Positions 10,986 to 22,200 of a stretch of 59,421 nt of DNA are shown here, one piece after another. The DNA lies in assembly GCA_000708835.1 (NCBI GenBank), contig DF237493.1, forward strand, positions 1-59,421. The letters run 5' to 3'. Origin of the DNA: Klebsormidium nitens. Its lineage: Eukaryota > Plantae > Klebsormidiophyceae. How positions within the stretch are numbered: the first letter of the stretch is position 1; each line of letters opens with the position of its first letter. The translations under genes and the position numbers were made by a program. The notes under the pieces were generated by a model, which saw nothing but the letters and a program-made list of their open reading frames with translations, searched no databases and had not been told where the DNA came from.

Positions 10986-13900
10986 TTACACGCTAACATT
11001 CTGCACGGGAGCTGCCGTCTTGCTAATACGCTTCATGATTCCCGCAATGACCTGCAACACAGCCAGACAAGAACGGTCAGCTTTGATCCAGAACCTTTTG
11101 CACATTTTGAACGCCGAAGTGGTATTGACGCCTAGGCGTCCTACTGCTAAAGACACAATCGTAACCATCGTATTTTGTATTCAAATACACTCTCAACCAA
11201 CTATGCGGCGAGACATCAAGACCTCCAATCAAACGCAAGTAACTTTTGAGTGTGAGAACGGGTCGATCGCGCCCTTTGATAACGGCCGCAGGAAGCTACT
11301 CAGAGTCACAAAGTGAAGTTCATGCAAAGGGCGAAGTCGCGGAGGCATTGCCGAAACTCCAGTCCCTATACCCATGCGGGAAAAAGAACCAGTTCGACTC
11401 AAGATCGTGGCCGCAACAACTGGGAATATTGTCCTGCTACTCTAAGAGTTGGGGGAAGAGCTCAATTGAACGTGGCAATTCTCTTACGACAACGCTCATA
11501 ATGTGAGAACTTCGTGATTCTGGCTACAATTTCGGGTCTATGCTCTTCCAGATCCAAACCTTCTTGCAAAGCACAGAGAAGCATTCAAAAGTTTCCAGCG
11601 GAAAAATTGGGACAAGATGGAGCACATGAAACGGGCACAAAACGGCAACTGATGACTCACCTTGCCAGGCCCCAACTCGTACGTGTTCTCGAGCCCCTTT
11701 TCTAGGAGCGTGTTTAGCGTGGTCTCCCATTGGACGGGTGACGTCACCTGCGTTTGCACGTCAGTCCGTGTTTCAACAACGTAGGACCAAGCGCTCGGTA
11801 GGGTGAGGTTATCGCGAGTTGTGAAGTTCAGGGTGTTTCGTCAGATCTTTGTTAAGGGCTTACGAGGGCGTCTATCCTTTGTGGCTTGCGGCGACACACA
11901 CATAACCGACATCGAGTAAAAGACGCCACGAGATTGAAGCACGTGGCTCATCCAAGCGACAACAAAGGCGTGATTCTGGGCGAACGGTCGCCCTGCCGGA
12001 CATGTTCTACGAGCCCCCTTTCAGCGCAACTTAAGAAAGGAAGATATGTGCTTGTTCGCCATTGTAGTTTGCCAGAAGAGTGTTATAAAAGTCGACTCGA
12101 AGACGTTGGTCACTCAAGAAGCGTGACAAATAGAAAAAACAGAAAATCATCGAGCAGGAAAGCAGTCGGGCGCAGAGTACCCGTGACTCGGACTGTCGCT
12201 ATTCGCGTTTGAGAGGCATCTCGTATTCCGCCTTACAGCCCGTTGTGAAAGAGCGGGAAGAAGTCGAGCGCTCTTCTTAAAGACTGGGTCCACTCATTCT
12301 CCATTTTTCACAACTCGCTGAACCGTTGTTAGGATTAAACCGAAACGCCAGAGTGGTAGCTTGCTGTCACAAAAGCTTCCTGATTTAAGTACTTTGTCTT
12401 TCCCAGAGAGTAATTATCTCAGTGATAAAGCGAGTAACCTAAAGTGCCCTACAAGTTAGGATCGAACGGGGGGCCAGCAGGTGGAAACCCTCCGGTCAGT
12501 TCGCCCCTGTTTGGCAAGGGATGTTCGGAGGCTCCGCAAACATGGATCTGCATTTTCGTTTGACGACACCATAATAACCATAGCACCTCTCTCTCGACCC
12601 AGCAATAGCGGACGATGACGGCGAGAAACTGACCAAAACCGGGATAAAAAACCAAGCCGAAAGATGCGCTCCGCTTCGCACCTGTTTCGCCAGGATCTTC
12701 TTGATCGTCTCGGGGTCCGAGTGCGGCTTCGCGTCGACGTTCGACACCACCGGGATCCGCGGCTTCTTGATCTCCGTCTTGGCGAGCACCTCCTCTAGTT
12801 TGGGCACCGCGGGGCCCATGAAGTCAGTGTGAAAAGCCCCCGCCACCGCCAGCCGCACCGCCATGCGCGCCTTGAACTCGGGCTTGGCGCGCTTTTCCAC
12901 CTCCTCGATGCCCTTGATCCCACCGGACACGGCGTAGTTTCCCTGCAGGGGAAAAAGTTCTATATCAGATTCTTGCGTCTTCTCAAGTTCGGGTTTGGCG
13001 CGCTTTTCCACCTCCTCGATGCCGTTTGATTCCACCGGAATCGGCAAAATCTCCTGCAGTGAAGGGTGTATTCACATCAGATTCTTGATGCAGAGCCTTC
13101 GTGATGCAGAGGCCTCCGTCTCCGCCTACTTCAAGTCCTCGATGCCTTTGATCCCGCCAGACACGACATAGTTCCCCTGCACCGGCGGGGGGTATTCACA
13201 TCAGATTCTTGCGCAAGCAGGGGCGCTTTGAATCGATCAAAGCAGATCCTCGGTCCGCTACGTGCGCCCTGAATTCACGCTTTTCCACCTCCCCAATGCC
13301 CTTGATCCCGCCAGAGACGGTGTGATCCCTGCGAGTGGGAATATTCATATCACTTGACCAAGACGAGGCTCCTCGGACTCGAGCTTTGCGCGCTCTTCCA
13401 CCAACTCGATGCCCTTATCCCGCCAGAGACGGCATAGTGTCCTTGCAGGGGGAGGGGGGTATTCGTGTCAATTTGTTGCGCTCTTTGAACTGGGGCTTTG
13501 CTCGGTTTTCCAGCTCCTTGATGCCCTTATGCCGCCGGAATGGCAGAAGTTCCGTGCACCGAGGGCGGTGATTACTTTGGATCTTGCGAGCAGGGGTTCC
13601 TTGAAACCGGGCTCCGCCCTTCTCCAACGGTCGTGGTTGGCGGCCTCGCACAGCTGCGCGACCTTGCCAGAACCTATCAATACGCAAAATGGCTCCGACT
13701 CTTTTCCTCACCGGTAAAATGGTTCGACAAATACTTACGGGGCACAAATAGTTGCAATCCGCACGCCCTGGGGGTCTCACAAATCTTTGCGGCCTTGCCA
13801 ATACTGATGAGATGCAAGACAAATGGCCCTATTCCCTTCAAGCTTTGGGAAAGGAATAGCGACGGATCGGCCTGGCGTCTGATCGGCAGAAAACTGGGGT

Positions 13901-16900
13901 CGCAGTTAATTGGGGAGCCGCACGCCCTCCCCCATCCCCGACAATCGCACTCGGAGCCTCACACCGGACAAAACGAAACCGCGAACTCCCGCTACTATCA
14001 CCAAATGGAAGTTGTCGAAAGCATTGAATCACAGAAAGAAGCCAATTGCTCTAATGGGCAATTTCTAAAGGGGCACATGCAATTGGCAATCCGCACGCCC
14101 TCCCCTTCGCCAACGGCTGCGCCGGCGGCCTCGCACAGCTCCGCACTGATTTATTAAGTAATAATTCCCAAGATCTCGAAAATATCAACAAAAGGAAACG
14201 CAGACGCTTACGGGGCACAGGTAGTTGGCAATCCGCATGCCCTCCCCTTCGCCAACGGCCGCGCCGGCGGCCTCGCACAGCTCCGCGACCTTGCCAAACA
14301 TCGTCAACAAACAAAATGGCCTTGTTCCTTGCAAAGTGTGTGAAAATGCGAACACTCACGGGACACAAATAGTTGGCAATCCGCACGCCCTCCCCTTCGC
14401 CAACGGCTGCGCTGGCGGCCTCGCACAGCTCCGCACTGTTTCATTAAGGAATAATTCCCAAAACGGCCCCGAATAAAACAACGAGCGGGAAACGCAGACG
14501 CTTACAGGGCACAGGTTGTTGGCGATCTGCACGCCCTCCCCTTCGCCAACGGCCGCGCTGGCGGCCTCGCACAGCTCCGCACTGTTACATTAAGAAATAA
14601 TCCCCAAAACGGCCCGGGATACATCAACAAAAAGACATGCACAAACTTACGGGGCACAGGTAGTTGGCGATCCGCACGCCCTCCCCTTCGCCAACGGCCG
14701 CGCTGGCGGCTTCGCACAGCTCCGCGACCTTGCTGGAGTCGAGCCCGATGATGCTGGCCATGCCGCTCGGGGCCGCGTCCGACGCCGCCTGCATCGCCTC
14801 CCCGCGCGTCTTCACGATGCGCAGGCCGTCCTCAAAGCTGCGAAAAGATTGACACTTGTTTAACGTCTATTCAAGATAGGAACTTGATAAGCAAAGTTTT
14901 TGGATGCCTTGCCTCCCTGCGCGTCTTCACAATGCGCAGGCCGTCCTCAAAGCTGCGAAAAGGAAACAATTTGTCGATGTCTGATTAAAACAGGAGTCTA
15001 GAAAAGAGCTTTTTGAAGTGTTTGTCTCCCCGCGCTTTTCCGGATGCGCGGTCCTTCCTCACAACTGGAGAAGGATGACACTTGTTTGAAGTCTTTTTGT
15101 GAACAGGAACCAGGGTAGAGAGGTTTCTGAATTCTTTGCCTCCTCACGCGTCTTCACAATACGCGGGCCATCCTCAAAGCTGCAGAAAGGAAATGCTCAA
15201 CTGGTGTCTCCTTAAAACAAGAGTCTGGAAAAACATTTTTCGAAATGGACTCTGAAGTCTTTGCTTCCTCGCGACTTTTCGCGAATGTGCAGGCCACTTT
15301 TAAAGCTGCAGAGCATAGCGTTTGTATGCTATTCTGTCGACCAAAAGACCCTGTCTATCCGGAAGCCTTGCTTCAGTACGTCTTCAAAATCAAAGAGCTG
15401 CAAAGCAAAGGACCCGTTAGAAAGTCCCTTCGTACAAGACTTTCAAACAGAGAATCCTCGTTGGTGCCTCGCTACTCGGCATGTCTTATGCAACGCGCAG
15501 TTTGCCTCCGAACCGCGTGCATTTACAGCGACTAACATCAAGTGACACGTTGGAAATTACTGTGCTTTGGAAGTTCTCTGCCTGACTTCAAGCTTCTCTT
15601 GCGCTCCATTTCCAGAATCACAATGACGAACGCAAGACGCCACGTTCGGATGCACAAGAAGCTGGGTCAAATGAAGTCGATTGTCGTTTCTGCCGGACAC
15701 ACGCCAATCCGTCTCTCAGACCGCAGTGTCATTTCTGACCTGATGGCCCCTGCAAAAGCGAGCGCAGTGTACTCCCCTAGGCTCAGCCCCGCCGCCACGT
15801 CCGCAGCCTCGATGGCGGCTCTCCCCTCCTCCGTCGTGCGGAGCTTTTCAACGGCCGCCAGGCTGGCAACGTAGATAGCAGGCTGTGGAGGCGAATGCGT
15901 ACAATTGGAATCAAACAAAACAAATAATACTTTTATTTTGGATCGAAGATGTCTGTTCTAGGGGGAAATCTAGGAGGAGAATCCTTTCGCCATTTCAATC
16001 CGCTTTTCGCATTCGTTTCAAATGTGAGTCGCCTGGCAGAGCACGGATGAGGGGAGTCGGTTTTGGAAAGAAGCTGAGGCTGGGGCTTCTTGTGAAAAGA
16101 CTTGTTGTGAACGGACGTGACATCACCCGATTGATTTGCACCACGATTTGCACTCTACCCCAGCCTTCGATTGGACGGTTCCGGCGGTAAACTCGAATTC
16201 CGGGGCGTCACGCGTTGTCAACAAGGCCTGGTAACTTCTTTTCTGAACTGACTCTCCTTGCCTCTGCTGTAACAGTCCGTTCGATGACCAACCTGTTTCA
16301 TCACTCCAGGTCCCATGCCTTTAAAAACTCAAGAGAATGAAAAGACCCCTGAATGAAAAGACCCCTGCTGGCACATAATACATGTATCACGAATTTCTGA
16401 CTGACGCGATTGGTAGTGTGGACATGATAGATAGTACTCAAGATTGATTGGGACTCCGAAATGCACTGCAAATCTTACCTGGCTGACCACGGTAGAGTTC
16501 AGTTTCTCTGAGGGTCCATTGAGGCAAATCTCGAGGAGGTCGTACCTGCACATAGAGTCGGAAGTAAGATTATGGGTCACTGAAGAAAGGCAACTCGTAC
16601 CACAGTTGCGACCATGCTCAATACGGATAAACCAGATGACACTGCAGAAAATCGCATTCTGGGAGCTTGGTCCACTTTAGATACACCACAAAAGTCTGAA
16701 CTCTAGTGTGCTCCGCCTAACTCGTTGTTTGACTGACACTCCGCGAAAGAATGGGCAAATTGGAGTTGGCGATTCACAGGAGGCAACCCGTTTGCATGCT
16801 GCAAACCATGGGATCTAGGGAGCGAACCAAGTTTGTTCCTTCCACCAGTGACATCAGACTCTACGCTGTCCTCCGCTTATCAACCATTGAGGGGACAAAA

Positions 16901-18607
16901 TTTCGTAGAGACAGCGTATAGCCCTCAGATCGAGCTAGCGCCCCACGTGAGCATGCTGTGACGAAAACGAGAAGCACCAGCCAAAGAATAACGCGATGCG
17001 CAAGACTGGCTACATGGTGAGTGCGAAACCGGAGGCCTAAGAATAAACATACTCGAATCATACCTGATCGAGCTCAATAAAGAGAGATATGCAACTGGTA
17101 CAAACTTGAGGACTTCGACACGTATTGATTTTACCAATCTCTCTCTTAACTAAAAGTGCCATCTGAGATAGGAGACTGAACGAAGTAGATTACCAAAAGG
17201 TCTTTCAGCTAAATTAACAAAAGGTGAGGTTCAGAAATGGAAATGGATGAGGGTTAAGAGGCGCACCCCAAAATCTCCTTTGCCTTCTCAAAGAGCGCTG
17301 CAGCCTCCGGAACGTCCTTGGCTTCTGCGCCCATGCCGACAGCTTGAGCTCCCTGGAAAGAAATGACAGCCCTCGAATCATTTCATTTCCCCTTTTCACA
17401 TCCGCAGCAAGAAAGTAGAGTTTATGCTCCATGTGATGATGCACAAATTAAAACGCATGGGCTTGGGTGTCTTTCTGGTCCTGAAAGACTAGAAGATCTG
17501 TAACCGGTGGGACCAGTCTTCCGCTTCATCCTCTTCCGAACTTGGACATTGAATAATAAACTTCCGTTTGGTGGTGCGACAACATGGATTCTAATGCTGA
17601 TTTGGATCAATTCGGTAGCGCTGCAGTCCAATCAAATGAAGCGAAATGTTTTGCACAGAGCCAAGGATGTCTAAAAAGGCCTGACCAACAGTTCTGCATG
17701 TTTTGAAAACAGATAACTATGACACTTTTTGAGTAGTGGTACATGATGGCAAGCAGTAGAAGGGAAGGGGACGAGGACACCAGGTCTTTCAATGATACAG
17801 CAGAACCTTTGCATTCTGCCGTGTGGTGGCTTAAATGATGGTGTGCTCTGCCATGGAGTCAGCGATCTCAAATCCAAAGAAGCGAACAGGGAAAGAAGTA
17901 GCCAAACGAAGCACCACAGCACCGCGTGATTGAGTCAAAGCAAGAGAACGGGTTTGACAGATGATGCGCCAAAGTTTGGCATTCATCTTCTGTGCGAGCC
18001 GCAGTTGAGGGTTGCCTTTTCCCTTGATAAAAAAGTATAGCCTTCCTGGGAAGACACGCGGACCATCACATGGACTCAATTCATTTAGCTACCCTTCGAA
18101 ACTGGGTATGCTGGAGTTGGACGTCACAAGCTGAGCACACTTCAATTGCTGAGCGTCACCCAAAACAAAAGCTGGAAGGCGCCAGAGCTTTAAAACCATT
18201 GAAACGATCGAAAGCCCAGAGCCATGTGAAAGGCCATGATGACAGGCCGCGATTGGAATGTACTCTACCTGGCCAGGGAACAGGAACGCTGTGCTGACTT
18301 TGTAATCCGCAAAGAGCTCATCGCTGACCGCCGTCTCTGTGCTGACGCTCATCGAGCAACTCCGCGCGTTCTTCCGAGCATGACCCACCGGTTTTGGGAG
18401 TTTGGCTCCCCATACTTCTGATCTCAGCACCTGAGCTGATTTAGCTTCTTGGCTGCATTGTCTGACGGGGCCGGCCTTTGTTAGTCGCCTTGGGAATGAG
18501 GTTACTGGCAAAACGGCTGACTTCACCCGTTGGCATGGCCGGACTGCGTGCAGCAAAGGGCTGCTGAGCTGGAAGTTAAGCTTGGCGACGGTGTGCGTGA
18601 CAGCCAT
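10986..18607 (-). CDS. fabD: Plastid malonyl-CoA:ACP transacylase (FabD/MCAT), ~411 aa with transit peptide, 8 exons
   Basis: Exons: 18607-18269, 17352-17267, 16545-16479, 15882-15740, 14837-14651, 12942-12682, 11747-11661, 11051-10986. Motifs AFLFPGQGAQAVGMG, SQPAIYVASLA, active-site AGLSLGEYTAL, RGEAMQ, IANYLCPGNYAVSG, LAVAGAFHT, QVTSPVQW, ELGPGKVIAGI. The N-terminus is Ser/Arg-rich and transit-peptide-like. Confidence 0.95.
12975..13570 (-). repeat. Five copies of the FabD exon-6 acceptor plus 5' end
   Basis: ttttccacctcctcgatgcccttgatcc..ccctgcag recurs with exon-start equivalents at 13053, 13176, 13328, 13442 and 13553 (real 12942). The three nearest copies keep CAG. Confidence 0.9.
13600..14590 (-). 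repeat. Six to seven copies of the FabD exon-5 3' end plus donor
   Basis: cttacggggcacaggtagttggc.atccgcacgccctccccttcgccaacggc..cgcacagctccgc recurs with donor positions 14504, 14358, 14210, 14068, ~13894 and 13737 (real 14649). The first four spacings are 145, 146, 148 and 142 bp. Confidence 0.95.
14915..15405 (-). repeat. Five copies of the FabD exon-5 acceptor plus 5' end
   Basis: cgcgtcttcac.atgcgcaggccgtcctcaaagctg recurs with exon-start equivalents at 14952, 15064, 15179, 15305 and 15397 (real 14837). All retain CAG. Confidence 0.88.
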
Positions 18608-19270
18608 TGCTGCTTGCACGGCAACTGAACCCTGACTGATCGGCTGAGAAGGGACCCTCGAAGGATGACAAGCACTGGGGGGAGTGGTGAGGCGTAATGC
18701 AGCTTTTGTTACAGAGGGTCCTTTCACAAAGCCCTTGTAATCCAAGGGCAGACAGGGCAGACAGGGAAAAAGAGCGCAATGGCGCGAATACAATTTACAA
18801 GATCCCAAAATGCTCCGCTTGGGTCAGCATTGCGATTTGCAGATGCTCATTGCTCAGCCTCAGGCCTCAGGATTGGCACAGCCCTGATGGGCTGACGCCA
18901 CACATGCCAGCAGGGCATGCCAGACATGCAGCGCTCGTTCACACCAGTGAAAAAGTGCTAATGTCTTGACACCAGAGACTTGCGGTAGTCCGAGTTTTCC
19001 ACTTGCATTTGTGAAGGCATGACTTTAGTGTCATAATGGATAATTGGTGGACTCATCAGCAAGAACTAGGTGCGGGCACTGGGTCACTATTTGAAAATTG
19101 AAAGCTGCAAAGCAAATGACAGGGCCGAAATTGAAATTGATTGTTGACATTGCATGTGCATAGACAAGTTGGAAATGGCGGTCAGCTCCTGATGTTGGCG
19201 CTCAGCCGGCTCTTTTCCTATTGAGGAGAAAGGTGTAGGTTGACATTCTAGACAAGGGGTCTTGGCCACG
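18608..19270. promoter_or_regulatory. Short head-to-head intergenic region (putative bidirectional promoter) between fabD and TOC159
   Basis: The divergent start codons at 18607 (-) and 19271 (+) are only 663 bp apart. No specific motif is claimed. Confidence 0.55.
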
Positions 19271-22200
19271 ATGGACTCGTTCCGTAGCTTCTGGGGCAGC
19301 CCGGGTCGTGCGCCTCCTCCAGGAGAAGTGGGAAGCCCTCCTACTGCAAGGCTGAGAGAGGCGTCCGATGACGAGCTGAGTGATGCGGATGAGAGCAGAA
19401 GCAGGTCCGTGGGCCCCATTTCAATAAGGGCGCCTCCAACAGAAGGCGGAGTCGGTTTGACCGTTGGCTCTCCAAGCAGCACAATTGGCTCAGACAGGAG
19501 CTTTGAGGATGCCTTAGAGCGCGAGGCGAACAGCTCCCAGGTCAGCTATGGAAGCGCAGGCCCATTGACACCAGTAGGCTCGTACACTGCGCCGTCGCTT
19601 GGCGCGTCGGAGACGGGGTTCTCCAGCAGCCAGTATGGGTTCCTGGTTGAGGGGGCCATGCACAGGCTCAATCAGCTTGCAGACAAGGCCGAGGGGGACA
19701 CAAGCCTCTTGCAGGACTGTGATGAGGATGAGTTCCAGCAACGCATTGCAAAAATTGCTGAGGAGAACGGAGTCACTGTAGATTCGCCCAGCATCAGCAG
19801 TCTTGTGGAGACCCTGTTGCCTGTCGTTCAGGAGATCAGCAGGCAAACCACTCCCGCCACAACTCCTGGGCATGCCGCACCAGCAGCCCCGTCTGCAGAG
19901 GGTGCAACAAGTGCTGCTCCGGAGCCGAACCTGGATTCCCCTCTGTTCCGTCTGAGCGTGCGCAATGCTGAGCAAGAGAAGGACTCGGCGAATGTTGCGA
20001 TGGCTCCAAGTGCGGCGGGATTGCGGGTCGTTACCGAGGATTTGAAACCTGTGGTTTTGTCAGCATCCTCTGTCAAGGAGGTGACTATTCCGGGAGCTGA
20101 GGTGACCATCCCCCCACGGGCAGTGGTCAGCGAAGTGGAGGTGCCGCCTGAAGAAGAGGTTGCGGAGGTGCAGCCTGAGGAAGAGGTTGCGGAGGTACAG
20201 CCTGAAGAAGAGGTTGCGGAGGTGCAGCCTGAAGAAGAGGTTGCGGAGTTGCAGCCTGAAGAAGAGGTTGCGGAGTTGCAGCCTGAAGAAGAGGTTGCGG
20301 AGGTGCATCCTGAAGAAGAGGTTGCAGAGGTGCAGCCTGAAGAAGAGGACTCCGGTGACTATGTTGAGGTTGAAAACGAGGAGCTGCAGGCCGATGCACA
20401 GGCGGGTAATGAAAGCAAGGCGCCACAGGCCCAGGAGAAGCAAGAAGATGTCGATGAGGCTGAGGTGAAGAGCTCTGCGGAAGGGCACTCTTTTACTGCA
20501 AAGGAGACTCAGGAGAGCGTGCCTGAAGAAGAGGACATCAAGGTGGCGGTGGTCGAGGCTCCTGCTCCGGCCGCCCTGGAAGAGGAGTCGGCGCAGGTCC
20601 AGGCGCCGATTGCTAGGGTAGAGGAAGAGGAGGTCGAGAAGAGGATTCTGCAGGAGCAGCAGCAGCAAGCGTCAGAGGCTTCGGCCCAGCCACCGAGGGC
20701 GCCGGTTTCTGCACAGGAAGAGGGGCCAGAGGAGGAGGAGTTCCACGAGGGAGAAGAGGGGGAAGAGGGGGAATATGAGGAGTACGAGGAAGGTGAGTAA
20801 TGAGGAAGTCAGTGCATTGTTGATCGATATTACGGTACTGGTAATGGTCGAAGCTGTCCAATGCGGCGGGTGCCAGCATTGCATTCTGTCTGCATTGTTT
20901 GCATTCGTTGATGTTTTGGTTGCATGTGGGTGTATATGCATACCGATTTTTTTCTTGAACATAGCATTGCCTTTTGATCTGCTCAGAAACGGTGGCAGCA
21001 TTGTTCCCCTTGGAAGCGAATGCATGATCGTGCTTCTCTTTGTTCTGCATGCATTGGGGTTGATTGCTTGAATGCAGTGTAAGTTGCTGCAAAAATCAAG
21101 GTTGCATCATTGTTTCATGTGGATCCCTACGAAACTAGGGGGGTGTGTGGACCCCTACGAAACTAGGGCGGTTCACCTGCTTCTCTTCTCTGTTTAAAAA
21201 CAGTGCGCTTCTGAGAGCTTTGCATGGGGCGAGTTGGCGCCGTTCTGAGGCAGTGCATTTGGCCTCTTTCTGCATGTGACAAAATGCAAGGATTGGAAGC
21301 CACAGATTGGTAGTTGAGCCCCGAAACGAGCTTACCTGCCCCATTCGATGCATGTTCTGTAGTTGTCAAAAAAAGGTTACTACATTACATGTTATTGGCT
21401 CTTGAAAAGATGTTCCACCCTCGAATTGTTAGCCGGAGACTGACATCGCATCCCTGGTGCGTGCTTGTAGGCAGATTGCAGTGTTGAGTAAACACGATGG
21501 TTGTCAAGTTTCATTTGCTGAGGGCTTTAGGCCTGAGCGCAGCTGTGTACTTCCAAGCCATCTCAATGTTTGAATTAATGTACCCAAGCTTACTCTTCTT
21601 CTTGTTTGTGATCATGCTCCGCTTTCCTAGCAATTTTCTTTCATCCTTCACACTGTACTCACAAGCAACAATGTATGCTAAGTTTTCTCGTACTTTGTCT
21701 CTCTTTAGTCGAAGCATCGCAATTTAAGGATTGCACACAACCTTTCTCCTTAACGTACGCTCCATTCGTGTTACTGCAGCGAGTCGTTTCCAGCTAGCAA
21801 CTTCAGAAGTGCAACTTCGGTATCTCGATAGCAGTCTTTTCTCTTTCTCATCTTCCATATTTCAAGTGCACTTCATGCAACTTATCAAAACACACCCACC
21901 TTTTTCTGCAGATGGCGAAGAGTATGAAGAAGCCGCGGAAGACGAAGACATCGACGGCGCCTTTGAGGAGCTGGCCGCCTCAGGCCAGCTCTCCCCCGAG
22001 ATCCTGCGCGCAATTCAGCAGGCGCAGCAGCAGGCCGCCGCTGCGGCCCAGGCTTCCCAGTCCAATCAGAGCCAGGCGCCGGCAGGGTTAGGTTCCAGGG
22101 CCGCCGGTTTGGGGTCTGGCGCAGGGTTAGGGCCGCGAGCAGGCATGGGAGGGGGTGGATCAGGCTCAGGACCGGCAGGGTTAGGGTCTAATGCGGCGGG

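Noticed and set aside
12975-15405. Echo arrays as assembly errors or as a separate fabD pseudogene
   Set aside because: The copies are mutually diverged with indels and an age gradient, cover only exon edges and follow strict polarity, which is unlike collapsed reads or a whole-gene duplicate.
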